A stretch of DNA of 64,000 bases from Lama glama (GCA_028534125.1 CM052817.1:59832001-59896000), one strand, 5' to 3'; positions 35,151 through 48,960 are shown, counted from the stretch's first letter. Notes: a model not told the origin generated them from the sequence alone. Translations and numbers: made by a program.

Positions 35151-37269
35151 GTTAAAGGGCTCTAAGATATTTTACTTTCTAAGTGTTGACAAAGGATAGA
35201 AATAATGTTTTCAGAATAACACTATAGTAAGTTTACAATAGCATGAATTACAGCAGAGGTCCTATGGATAGTAGGGAGGTGATCAAATTAAGAGTTGATT
35301 GTATCCTTTGTACATGCTTCAGAAAGCCCAGGAGAAAGTCTCAAATAGATGTTTTCATCTATAGGGTGTTTTCTATAATTACTTTATATTCTTGAAAGAA
35401 AGGAATAAAGGAAGGAAAAAAAGAAAAAAGGAAAGAAATTAGGAAGAAAGGAAGGAAGGGTGGAAGGGATTCAAAAGAGAGAAATAGTAAAAAAAAAAAT
35501 TCATTAGGTTATTTCCCAATGTTTATAGTGAGAGTGAATTCATCATAGAGTGCTTTCAACATAGCTTCTGATGTTATTTTTTATTTTTGCAGGGGAGATT
35601 AAAAAGCAAAAAAAAAGAAATTAATGGTTGTATTTTTAAATACTAAAATGCAAGTCTTAAGTTTGGTCAGTCGAGTATTAAACTAAATTAAGCACTTACC
35701 CAACTGGGCACATCAGTTGGGCATATATAACACATAATACTTTCATCCTTCGAGATCTCCCTTTTAAAATTGGCATTCTTTCTCATTTTTCTAGGTGAGT
35801 ATTTGTTCAAGCGAAGGGATAAGGATGTGATTGAATGAAAAAAAAAAGAAGGACTCAAAATATCAGTAAAGATCTGCTTTGAAGAATGGCGTGAAGTAGT
35901 GGGGTGTGCGTCTCTCTTTGTAGTTACAATCTATCACTCCTAATGGGATCTCTATGCATTTAATACAATGAGAGATGAAAGTAAGCTTTCACAACCCCTT
36001 ACAATGTGAATAATGAACTATAAATGCTTCTGATCACATTAATGCACCAGGGAGAGTGAAATGAACAAGGAAAGAATTTAAAAAATGATTTTCATCAGAT
36101 TTGGAAAGTAAATTTGAATTTATCAGGGCTGCTTAATAAATTTCTGCACACAGTGAGTATTTTAAAATTACTATAATAAAGTGATAATTATATACTATTT
36201 AATATATGGCATATATATGTATATGTGTCACTCAGGGTTTATACATATTCAGAATTACTTTTTAGCTATATCTAGGAAGAGGTTGCAGGAGGAGTGAGAT
36301 ATAGTATTACAAATTATAATGGGAGATGTAGTCATCAAAGATACTAAAATAGCTGAAGCATTAAATGAATATTTCCAAATACATTTACAAAGTAGAACAT
36401 TTATGACCACCTATTCTATATCAGGATCACTTTGGTAAAGGTAATAAGTATGACTAAAAAAAGTCAAGTGTCTATATTTTCCAATTTGGTGTGTTAGTAG
36501 CATAGAACAAAGCTACAAAAATTTTTATTAGGTTTAAGTGCATTTCTTTCAGAGTTTCATGAGAATTGAAAATAAGTGTGTAACAGTTAATAGTCAACCT
36601 ACAACCTCAGCCTTCACTAAATAAGCAGGTTATTCAAAAACATTTTTTTCCATTTTATGTGAAAAGTCATTATTAATTCTTAAATCATAGTTATTGATCT
36701 GATTTTTCAGTACTGGGGCCTAGTTACAGTGGTCTATTCTTTTTCCCTTGTCTGAACCTTATTATAAATAGTGACATTTATAATGTTAAAGATAAAATAA
36801 AAGGATACTTTCCCCATACTTTGAATCATTGAGTTTCATTGCTTGCGAAGTATATGGAGAGATTGGTCAAATTAATCTTCTCTGTTTAGTTGGCATGAAA
36901 GACAAAGGAAGGAAAGAATGAAACAGCATCATCAAAATTACTAATCCTAAAACATAGCTTGAGGTGATGTGTGATTCATGATCTCTTTTACACAATTAAG
37001 AAACTGTTCAATAAACTGGAAAAGATAATAAAATAAATGAGTTCACATGCAAACTTAACTAATTAAACTTTGTTACTTGGGTTATGGGTACATGTATATA
37101 AATTATGAATTTTAATTGTGTCATTTTAAGAATTATTATTTGAAGATTGATCATTGTATTCTTTGTTCCAGTATTTAATTTTTTCATTTTAAAAATAAGG
37201 ATGATAATGTTAAAAATGGAATGTGACATTGAAAATGACTTTCACGATGATTAGAATTATAAAAGTATT

Positions 37270-38770
37270 ATCTATTCATTTAGATAGTATTTTTTCATTC
37301 ATAAAGGCATTTAAAGCATATACTATGTTTAGCAGCATTCTCAGTATGTATTAAGGAAGAACTGTTTGATTGAGGTCTTGATAAGTTTATAGTCTCTTCA
37401 AAAAGGCAAAGCATGCATACATACATAAAAGGGGGAGGGGAACATTAAGCCAAAGAAGTGTGTGGTAAAATCTTGTAAACTCGGCTTTTACAAAGTAAAA
37501 ATGATGGAAGGGATCAAGCATCCTAGGGTAATCTCTGAACATTGTGCTCTACTATAGTTACTTCTTGGTCATCACCCAAAGAAAATATTGTTTAAAAAAC
37601 TTGCAGAAAGTAGGAAGGATACTTCATAGCAGTATCATTACTTCATGTGAGCAAAAAAGTAGGAATAAGCAAAATGTATCTGTGTTTGGTAAGGAGTCTT
37701 TTCCTATATGGCCGAGAAACCACCTTATTTAGAAGACTATCTGCGTAAAGCTACAGTGTAGATAACGGAAGACAGGAAACTGGATAAAAAATGAGAAGTG
37801 AAGAGTAGATGAGCCCTCACTGGGTGTAAGTAAAGAGAATGAAAACCAGAAGCCAGAACTGAGCCTAGGGAAGACCTATTTAGTGGGCAGGAAAAGAACA
37901 CGGGCACAATATGCTTCATAGGACCAATCATAATTCATCAGTACTGTGTATATACTATATACCAAAAGGACTGCCCTGGGCACTGAAGATTCTGCAGTGG
38001 TGAGCACACCCTTGCTTTTGACCAGCCTTCTGCCTGGTGGGAAAACTAGACATGTACACAAATCCTTCAGCCACATAGTAGGTACAGGAACATAGTCTGC
38101 CTAAAGGCAGTAAGGGAACAAACACACAAATCCAAATGCCTCTTTCTGTCTGGGAAGATGAGAAAAGAGCACATTGAATAGTTGACTTCTGCATTCAGTC
38201 TAAAAGAATGAATATTAATTTGAAAACCAGAAATAAAGTGGACTAAGATTCTAGGTTTATGAATTAGCAGGTACAAAGATATGTGAAAACAGAATGTAAG
38301 TTCAAATGACCACATATAGCTAAATAGAACTGCAGCCCAGGAAACCTAGTGGGGAATCATAGGAAGTGAGGTGGACACAAAGCAGGGATGGATCATTAAA
38401 GCGTTTGCTTGGAGTTTACCTTGAGATGTTGAGAAACTGTTAGGATTTAAGCATTTGATGCTATTATATTCTACACTTTGAACCATCACTTCAGCTGTTG
38501 TGTAGAGGGTGCGTTCAAGTCAGGCCCAGAGTTCTGATTTGGTGGCCACTGATAAGCAATGATGAGTAGAATCTACTTAAATAATTGGTAGTGGAGAAGC
38601 AGAGAGCAGTGAAAAGCTTTAGAGATAAATAAAACCTGGCTACAATTACAAGTGAATGCAGGAGAGGAGGAATTGCAAAATACAGTCTAAGCATTGACTC
38701 AGGTGCTATATAACTAAATGTGGGTGGAAGGGTAAGTAAGGAGAAGAAGTATATGATGCTAATTTTAATA
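37270..38770 (-). mobile_element. Fragmented LINE-2 cluster
   Basis: ttcattcataaaggcatttaaagcatatactatg start and several antisense L2 body motifs; patchy, may include other small inserts. Confidence 0.55.
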
Positions 38771-38774
38771 GATA

Positions 38775-39725
38775 ATTAAAGAGAAAGGGTCAGGTATTTG
38801 TCCTGTCTTTATTATATGAACAATTTCTCATAGAAAAAGTTCCTAATTTTTAGAGATGATTTTTAACAAATGCAGGAGGGATAACAAAATTAGAAAAACC
38901 ACCACTTTGTAACTTATACTAAAATGATACATCCAGGTGATGATAATGAATGGATACACTAATCAGATGGATACTGGTAGGGAATTTGATAAGATAGGTC
39001 TCTGGCTGACATAATCTGAACCTGAAAGTAAGTGCCAGTATTACTAAAGTGGGATGATTTTATATTGTATTTGTCAGAATGTAATGCAGCTGAAAATATA
39101 CAGGATCATATGTGGAGCATCCTTTTATTAAAAAAAGGCCCTGTAACTTATCAAGACATTAGCTCTAATTACCAGTTTATGGAAAATACCAAAACTGGTG
39201 GGAAAAAAAATCAACCAAAACCACAAAGAAGCAATCAAAGCTATGTCAAGAAAAGCGAAATTTAGTGCAGGTGATAGTATAGAATTAAGAAGAGACTTTA
39301 GAGATCCAATAATCAAATATTCTTTGTGGAATTTTGGGCCCTGATTTGAACAACCAACTTTATAAAGAGCTCTTTGAAACAATCATAACATTTAAATATA
39401 AACTCAATGTTGGTGTAATAATTGGTGTAAATGTTATTTAGAATTTATTGTTAATTTTATTGGCTATATTATCTAATAAGCTTTTATTAATTAGAGATGC
39501 ATACTGATGTATTCACAAATGGAAAGGCAAAGAACCATGAGTTTTATTTAACATCAAATAAAACAAAATAAAATAAAATAATATAAAAAGCTTTGTGGGA
39601 TGGATAAAATTTGTTTGGGAACGTTTCTTAATCTCTGAAGCTTAGTGTTGGGCATTGGGTAGTGAAGTGTTCATTACAGTAGTCTTCTCTCTTTTTATGT
39701 TTAAAAACTTCCAAAATGAAAAGAT
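38775..39725 (+). mobile_element. Ancient L1ME-type 3' UTR
   Basis: ttagagatgcatactgatgtattcac...ctgaagcttagtgttgggcattgg...ttcattacagtagtcttctctctttttatgtttaaaaacttccaaaatgaaa, typical of L1MD/ME 3' ends. Confidence 0.7.
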
Positions 39726-39825
39726 GAAAACAGATTAATTTTAATCAGGTTGATGTGCAGGTGTAGATTTTCAGTAGAACCTCATGTAAACACATAATCT
39801 GGACTTTCCAGTGATGTCTGCACTA

Positions 39826-40820
39826 GAAGTATAGTCAATTTACAATGTTGTGTTAATTTCTGATGTATAGGATAGTGATTCATATATAATTATATGAATA
39901 TATATGTAAAATATACATAAACATGTGTGTATGTGTGTATATATATATATATTTTTTTTAAGTGGGCTTGCTGGATCATATGGTAAGTCTACTTTAGTTT
40001 TTTAAGGAGACTCAATACTGTTTTCGATAATGGTCACACCAAAATTCATTCCCACCAATAGTATAGGAGGGTTACCTTTTTCTACACCCTCTTCAGCATT
40101 TATCATTTGTGGACTTTTAAACGATGGACATTCTGACTGGTGTGAAGGTGATACCACATTGTAGTTTTTATTTACATTTCTCTGATAATTAGCAATATTG
40201 AGCATTTTTTTTCACATGCCTATTGGCCATTTGTATGTCTTCTTTGGAAAATTGTTTGTTTAGGTCTTCTGCCTGTTTTTGGATTCTTTGTTTTTTGTTA
40301 CTGAACTCTATGAGCTGTTTTTATATTCTGGAGATAAAGCCCTTGTGCGTTGCATCATTTGCAGTGTATTCTCCCATTTCATAGGTTGTCTTTTCATTCT
40401 ATTTATGGTTTCCTTTGCTGTGCAAAGCTTGTAAGTTTAATTATGGCCCATTTGCTTACTTTTGCTTTTATTTCTGTTGCCTCAGAAGACTAACCTAGGA
40501 GAACATTGCTGTGCTTTATATCAAAGAATGTTTAGCCTATATTTTCTTCAAGGAATTTTTCAGTATCTTGTCTTATGTTTAAATCTTTAAGCCATTTTGA
40601 ATTTTCTTTTTGTGCATAATATGAGAGAGTGTTCTCAGCTGTCCAGCTTTCCCAACATCACTTCCTGAAGAGACTGTCTTTTCTCTATTGTATATTCTTG
40701 CCTCTTTTGTCAGAGATTAGTTAACTGTAGGTGTGTGGGTTTATTCCTGTGCTTCCTGTTCTGCTCAATTGATCCATATGTCTGTTTTTGTGCCAATACT
40801 ATGCCGTTTTGATTACTGTT
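39826..40820 (-). mobile_element. LINE-1 3' fragment (related to 9003-10620) with internal deletion at a (TA)n tract
   Basis: gaagtatagtcaatttacaatgttgtg... then (TA)n, then agtgggcttgctggatcatatggtaag...gccgttttgattactg; collinear with the 9-10.6 kb L1. Confidence 0.92.
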
Positions 40821-43800
40821 TATTTGAGATTGTTATCATTTTTTTGAAGAAGGCCAGTATCGCTAAATCATTTGTTTTGTAACTTGTTCTCCGGTGCCTG
40901 GCCCCAGAAGTATGTGTAAAGTAGAGGAAAAGTAAAATTTCAAATACATTTAAAGAGTGAGAAAGGTAAAATTAAAAGGGAAGGATTTGGTTCTTACCAA
41001 TATGCAGTCAAAATGGAAGCTTTACCTGTCAGGGATATACTAAATATACTAGAATATGTAAGATATACAATCATAAGTGTACCATATAATTTTTCATTTT
41101 TTGATGATAATCATGTGAAAATATAATTGATCATATTCCTTGTGTTTATACAGCTGGAGACCTTTAGTATTACAAACAGCAATAATGTTTATATTTGCTG
41201 AAGTATAAAAGAAATTTAACAAATGTTTTCTAAAATTGGACAATACATTCCCTTTATGTAATAATGTTATCGTTTAAGGGAATGAAGCCATAAAGGATAG
41301 GGAAAGATCTTTATAGAGCTATGTCAGGCAGTTAATTGATAAAAATATGTTACTTGTATACATTTTGTGATGTTTGTGATGTTGCTGATTTTTCAATTTG
41401 TAGGTGTTTGTGATTCCTTCTTATTCATTCTGAGGAAATATTTATTGTCATACCTAATACTGCCTCCATAATTTTACAATTTTTTCAAAAGTTTAATTTC
41501 AGAAATTTTAACAAAATCTGGGTCTAAATCTGTATGAGAGCCAAAGAAGAAGATGGCCTATGCAAGGAAGTGTAGTTGGCATTTATAAAAAATAAAAACT
41601 ATAAAAGTTTTTGTCTCTCTTAGCTTTTGCCCAAAGTACAGAAGCAATTGACTATTAACAACACAGAAAGTATTTTCTCCTTAAAAAGGTATTTTGAAAA
41701 ATCATAAGGCTCAAAGTCCTAGGATACTCACACATGTACACACATACAAAGTAGCTTTTACTTCACAAATAAAATATGTTTAGTTCAGATGTGATCATTC
41801 CTTTCCTCCTCAACTCTGTCACACACTCCTGCTCCAGCGATAAAAAGAGAAAAGCTGCCCATCCTCTCTTCTTCACTTGATTTTTTGGTGTCAAGTCTGG
41901 GGAGGAGAGAGAATGCCACATGTGAAAATGAAATCTTTATAGCAAAGAGAGTAAAATGTAAGCAGAATGGGAGTGTTGCCTCTTTGGAGGATTTGAATAA
42001 AAGATATATTTCTTGTTAGTAAATCTGTAAAGTCAAATATTTAACTGAAATACTTTGTCCTTGATAAACTATAGTAGGACTCTAAAGTTTTTGCTCCCAT
42101 CTGACCCGGAGAAGCAAATATTCTGTATTCATAAATATACTTAACAGCAAATCAAAGATAATTAAGACCACAATCAGAAGATTTAGGTCAAGTAGTAATA
42201 TATCAGTTTCATAAAACATTTAGGTCAATGTAGATTTAAAAGGATTAATAATTTTATAAGAGATGCAATTTAACTTTTTCAAGTGTGTTTTATTCAAAAT
42301 TGATTAAGTTATTTTTTATTTAGAAGAATATAAATATGCTTAATTATTCATATGCAAATATAATTATTAGTGTTTTTGCATGTGTCCTTCAAACAATAAT
42401 AGTTTATTTTAATCTTTTTGAAGTAACTCTAGACAAATTTTATAACTTGATTGTTATTTTTCAATAGCAAGCTTATATATTAGTGTTCAATCTACAATCC
42501 AAAATTTGATCTAAATTCATCTTTTGAGCTAGAAGTAAAAAGCTTATGTTTCACAGGCTTGTCCTTTTACATTTTCATTTACATGTTTAACAGCACTGTA
42601 GGCATAGTTGCAAAATGATAGGCTACTCTTTTTTTTTGTAGTACATATCAGATTTGAGAATTTTCCATTTCATTTATCTATGTAGACAGCTCTAATTTGA
42701 CCCACAATCTTTCTATGAAAATCTAATTGAGTCCTTTTTATCCTTTTTGATGATGAAATTAGGGTAAGTCATAGGTAGAGTTGAGGAAAACCACAGAAGA
42801 TTTATGGTAGTCCTGAGTTTGATTTCTTAATCAGTCACCTGCTTCTCTTATGACCAGCGGGGAAATTATTCAATCTTAAGAGTATGGGAGCTATTTAAAT
42901 GCTTTCATGTTCTCTAATATTTAATATGAACTAGCTTTTTCCCCATCATAATCAGAATAATGGTGTAAACAAATTTTCCATGATACAAAATTTTTTATTG
43001 CATCTGTGATTAGGAATGCTGTGGAGGCAGACCTTTCATTATTATTGAGTTTTAAAACAAAATATTTATCATTAACTTTCATTCTTCAGTGTTATTTTAA
43101 TACTTCACACTTTTGCTATTAAAAGAATCACTGACATTATGAGTGAGCAGATTTCAATGAAAGCAGCTTACTTGAACTTTTGAAAGGTGAACTAATTGAG
43201 AATAAAGCAACATAATAGTAGATCCATGTCATATCTTAATCCTGTTATGATGAAAATTTTTAGTAAAATATAATATAGATTAAGGTTTATTTTTGGGAAC
43301 CTAAAATAGAGAAAGAATATTTTCTCTTTTTTTAAAAGATATTCTTTTAACATATTTTCATTTAGGTCTGGAAATTGCAGTGAATTTTCTGCCTTACATG
43401 GCTAGTGCAGTGAATAATTAGAAACCGTTTTAGACTAAAATTTCATCAGTCTTGTTCTCTGAAATATATCTGTAGTTATCCTGATACACTCAGATGCTTA
43501 TCTTACTGAAACATATATTGGGAATTTATTAAAATAGATGGATTTTATATTAAAGAAATTAAATAGAAATATAATTTTTCAAGTGATGTAAGAATATAAA
43601 GTAATCATTCCAAAATATTTCAACTTTTTGATAACCATTTCTCATACTACCATGCTCTCTTCCCCCAATTGTTGTGATTAAGAAAAATGTTTAAACCAGT
43701 AGAAACAACAATCTTCATTACTTATTTCATAAATCATGGAGACTCTAAGGAATAAATTCTCTATCTTCTGTTGTGGAACCATATGTATATCATAAACTCC

Positions 43801-45865
43801 CGGTGACTGTAGTTATGAATTAATGTGCTAAAGTAGCGCTCAAAATAGCTGATTGGTATAGATGGAACAAAGAGTTGTTAAAGGCCAGAAGTATAGCAGT
43901 TACAGTCATATAAAAATGACCAAGAGGCAAACTGAAAAAGAGCATTAGGCTGCAAGTATATCAATTAAACTCCATTATTACTAGAGCAAGTGGCAAGTAA
44001 GTGAGACTGCCCTAGAAATCTAAGTATATGTTCCATAGTATTAGAACTATACAGTAGAATTAAAATTAGTATCCTATAAAGACTGATAATAGCTCTCCTT
44101 TTTTTTAAACTGCAACTTAAAGAAAAACCTCTAGGGAATTCAGATGAAATTGAAAAGTTGATTTACATAAATCTCCCTATAAGAGTTGTGCAACTTCAAT
44201 TTTTCATTTACTTTTCTGTCTTATATTTTCCACTCTGTATATATGTATGAGTACGTAACCTAAGTATAGGAATATTATTAAAATCTTTGATATTTTAATT
44301 ATTTTCTTTAAAAAATAATTTTCTATCCAGTTTTTTTCCCTCTAATATATGCCTTTTGTTCCCCAGCCTTTCTTTTCCAAAATCAAGTGCGATTTTATAG
44401 AGAAATGGATGGCAAGTAAATGCCCTAAAAATGGCTAAGTATAATAAACAGCAGTTAGCATGACATTTTCAAAATTAGTCTTGAAAAAAGTATTTATTTT
44501 CTGTTTATTTCTGTATGAATATTCTAGATGAGTAGTTACTATATCTTTATCAGCCAGTGCTGTGTATAACATAGCACATTCAAGGTACAGTTACCAAAAG
44601 AACAATAAATGTTTGTGAATACTCAGTGAAAGAGGCATACACAGTATTCTTTCTATAAGCAGGCTTACGTTAGCTTCACATCCAGTAAATTCAATCCAGC
44701 ATGAATTTTTATTTCTCCTCTTTATACTGTATAGTACATAATTTTATGAAATAATTATACTGTTCTATTTAAAATATCTTATAATTTTTCTTGACAATTA
44801 AATTTGCTATTGTTCATTCATTGTATTTTGATTATTATATACTTTGATTATTTGATTGAGATATTTTTATTATTTCAGTAATGAACATGAAATTTTATCC
44901 CAAGTTATTGTAGAGAGTTTAAGTAATTTATATCCACACTGGTATCTATTAGATATGCTCATTTCCCACCTAAATGAACAAGTTTTTATTTAACAAAGGT
45001 CTACCTTAGGAATAGTGAAGCATTTTGATAGACACACTATTATGTTGCAAGTGAGCTGCATTGAATGTTTCCCTTTAATTATAGTGGTAAAATGGATTTA
45101 TAATCACCAATCCTTGATCATGCATGTATTTACAACACGGCTTTTTTTAAAAAATGACATCTTTTTTTGTTATGAGTGAAAGGATGAATTATTTAGATTT
45201 CTGGGTTTTTATGCAAATAGATTTCCTCATATGTCTTCTTGCTGCAGTCTGCCCGGAACAAACATGCTCTAATATATGAGTAATTACACTTTAAATGGCT
45301 TGTTCAGGATGCAACTCTAAATGGCACTTGTGTTGTGAGCAGCGATCATGGTCTGTATTTGCAAACAGTCTATTAGCCTTTTCAAAGACTTTCTTGGGAT
45401 ACAAACATCTTGGCAAACAACCTGCTTTCCAGAGAACTTGGAGGATGTGTGTGTTTATGTATGTATTTTAAACTTGAGCAAGATGATCCAGGGAATCCAG
45501 CACTAATAAATAAATATAAAGTAAGGTTTTATATCCTATCTTGACAATTTGTTAATATAATTAGCACCCTTCAGTCTATCACTTTCAGAAAATTCTACTT
45601 TCTGTCTAACTTGTCTTTAAATTTATAGTTTGTCTATTTTCTCTAGTTCTTTCCCCAGAGTTAGTCACCATGATTCCTGAATATAATTATAATTAAATCG
45701 CTTACTGTTCTGTCTTCTATTGATTGATAAATTTATTACTTAATTTTGATCTTACCTCTAACATTTTAATAATAAATAACTACCTGTAAATATTTATTAA
45801 GTGATAAATGTATACTCAGCACCTGTGAGCCTTTTCTCATTTTTCTTAAAAATAGCTCTTACAGC

Positions 45866-45999
45866 GGGGTGGGTATAGCTCAGTGGTAGAGAGCATGCCT
45901 AGTATGCGTGAGGTTCTGGTACAATCCCTACTAACCCCATTAAAACAAACAAACAAATAAATAAATAAATAAGAAACCTAATTACAAACCCCCTCTGAA
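45866..45999 (+). mobile_element. Camelid vic-1-type tRNA-derived SINE with 13-bp TSD
   Basis: ggggtgggtatagctcagtggtagagagcatgcctagtatgcgtgaggttctgg (A box, degenerate B box), then (AAAC/AAAT)n, aaacctaattac and a C run. TSD aaaaatagctctt (45848-45860) / aaaaatagctttt (46000-46012). Confidence 0.9.
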
Positions 46000-47647
46000 A
46001 AAAATAGCTTTTGAGATGCAGACTATAATTTGAAACCAAGCCTGTGAGACTTTACATGCAATAATCCTAACAATTATTTTTAGGCTTCTAAACTCTTTCT
46101 AAGATTCAGATAGTTAACAATTTTAGGTGTCCCACTTTTCATCATTGTTTGATAAATGTGGATTCTAAATTGGTGTTTTGGATGGTTCTATTTTTATCTC
46201 ACAGATGATACTGTAATTCAACAGTGTTCGTGAATGAATAATGTGCTCACTGGTCCTATTAGTTGCTTCCAAGAGAAAATTACAGAAAATTCATTTAAGT
46301 ATCTCTTCTCATAATAAAGCATAACTTTTATGGTTAACACAAAGAAAATGCAGAGGTAAAAGTTGTATCCAGCAAACTTGTTTAACAAAGTTCTTTTGAA
46401 GATTAAGTAATGTAGGCTAAGTGCTTGGCACAGTAAATGCTCCATAAATAGCTGTTACTCTACCTGTTCTGTGAGGTTACAGATAGCACACTGGTCTATT
46501 GCTGCATCGTTAGCCTTAAGCTTGAGTTCCAGAACATGAAATGTTCACAAAATTATTTGTAAATGAAGATGTTAACAAATGATAGTTATTGAATAAAGGA
46601 AAGTGAGAGGATGGTGAGTATTATCATTAAAACTGTCCATTAGAAGATGAGTTTTGAGTGAAACTTTAAGGAATATGAGTGACATGAACTGAGCAATGCA
46701 CATCAAGAGACCACCATTTATCTATATCCAAGATGAGGATGGGCTTTATTGCCTGAGATAGGTGATAGAGCAACACTTTATGCCATTTTGAGTATGATGA
46801 ATTGCTTACTCATTTTTCTGGTGACATGAAGCTACTGAGTTACTTACCTTCTTAAATTTTTATATAGTAACTTTTTATTTGTGTGCTCACTGGTATAAAA
46901 TGTGCTTTTTGTTGTATGTACTTATGATGACTGCAAATTAACAAAGGAGTAAAACATAAAGTTTATTCATCATAAAAATACACATTTTCAAGATAGGTAT
47001 AATTTTTTTCTGACGATATTGATCTAATGTTCCTTAGGTAATTCATTTCATGCATTTATTTAAACTTGAATTACTTCCAGGATGGTATTTCATAATTACA
47101 CTCATAGACAGGTCATGATTTTTGTTCCCATATTTGGTTATTTACACTGTAGATAGAAAAATTAACTAATTCGTAAATATTATGTTTAAAGAATCTTAAT
47201 TATTAGCCTATCTGATGTTCTTTTTCAAATTTCAATGAGGATAAATAAGAAAAAATATAAATAAATTATAGTGATTGCAATCAGAACCTGCCCCAAAACT
47301 TAAAGACTTAAGAATAGAAAATTATTTATTCCTTAAAAAAGATCTACTCTACATTGTAGATTAGTATAATAGACTCAGAACACAAAAGTATGAATGAGTT
47401 GCATATAATAGAATAGAAGTTTATTAAGAGTCACAATGGACCAGTTTTTCTGGTTACTTTAATATTAAGTGTTTTAGATGCCAATTACATCTTTCTATAT
47501 CTCACTATTTAACTATAATTTAGAAACATCACATCTGATAAGATTCAGGTTTGTTTCTTATCCTAGCTTTAAGATTACATTTCTGTGACTTATCTTTTAC
47601 ATCACAGTTTAGATACCTTCCTATTTTTTTAAAAACACACATTTTGA

Positions 47648-47977
47648 ACTCCCAATTTATCCCTTCCCACCTCCTTTTCCCCCCAGTAACCATAAGTTTA
47701 TTTTCTATGTCTGTGAGTCTGTTTCTGTTTTGTGAAGTTCATTTGTGCCTTTTTTTTGTTTGAGATTTGCAGATACTTGCTACTATACATAAAATAGATA
47801 TACAAAAATTTCTTCTGTATAGCACAGGCAACTATATTCAATATTTTATAGTAACTTATAATGAAAAAGCATATGAAAATGAATATATATGTATATATAT
47901 GACTGAAACATTATGCTGTACACCAGAAATTAACACAACATTGTAAACTGACTATATTTCAAATAAAAAAAAACCCC
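47648..47977 (+). mobile_element. 5'-inverted (twin-primed) L1 3' UTR insertion
   Basis: 47648-47757 is antisense L1 3' UTR and 47758-47977 is the sense continuation to the A tail. Degenerate TSD aaaaacacacattttga / aaaacaacacctttga. Confidence 0.88.
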
Positions 47978-48767
47978 AAAACAACACCTTTGACCTTGAT
48001 GAAGACTTTCTTAACCAAAAGGCACTGCTTCTGTCAAGATAGGAGAATACTATTTGAGGAATGTTTAGATTGGAGTTATTTTTATCAGAATCATACCAAA
48101 TAACTTTTTATTTCAGTGTAAAATTCAGAGAACTAGACACTTCATAAACAATAATGGCACATTTATAAGAAATACCTCTAGGTCAAAATATTAATTGTAG
48201 CATGCATAGAAATAGTGAAAACAATAATTGCATCAACTATGCTACTATGGGAATAATTATTAATGCCTAGAGATGGACTTCTTTGGGAAATAGTAAATTC
48301 TGCATCAGAGAATGTGTTCAAACATTAACTAGATGAACCATTCTCAGGGACATCATTGAAGAGGCTCAAAAATTGGATATTTTAATTGTATACTTTTATA
48401 ATGTTCATGTCTAACAAATCACTGAATTATTGTGAGATCATAGAAGATGAAAGAAATATTGATACGCATTATATGTTTAAATATGTGAGTTAAAATACTA
48501 GTGATTTATGTATTAAAGCATTTGTAGTACTGAAAATACCAAGAAAATTTTGTCTTGTTATAAAATGATTTTTTTTCTGAATATAATGACTTTGTCACTG
48601 GTATTAAAAATAAAAGCAGTGAAGATTTCTCACTATTTTGAATAAAGTAACAAATTTAACTCATCTAATATGGACCCATTTTTCATTCCTGAAACCACCT
48701 TATTGTAAAGGTTTTATACCATATTTTTCAAAAAGTCTGAAATTTTGAGGAATGAGATGATAGGAAT

Positions 48768-48960
48768 AAACTCTCAAGTCAGACAAGCCCATGTCCAAAT
48801 TCATTCCCTAACAGTGTGATTTTGCTCAAGGTAGTCTCTCTAAGCCTCAGTTTTTCTCATATGTGTAGTAAGAGTCACAATTCTTACTTAATAGGGTAGT
48901 TGTAAGAATTCACTAAGATAATATCTCTCCAGTCCCAAACAGTTTCTTATATATGTCAAC
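48768..48960 (+). mobile_element. MIR SINE
   Basis: aagtcagacaagccc...ctctctaagcctcagtttttctcatatgtgtag...atagggtagttgtaagaattcactaagataat, the MIR core. Confidence 0.8.

Noticed and set aside
45866..45945. tRNA gene
   Set aside because: B box and cloverleaf are degenerate; the A-rich tail and TSD show it is a SINE.
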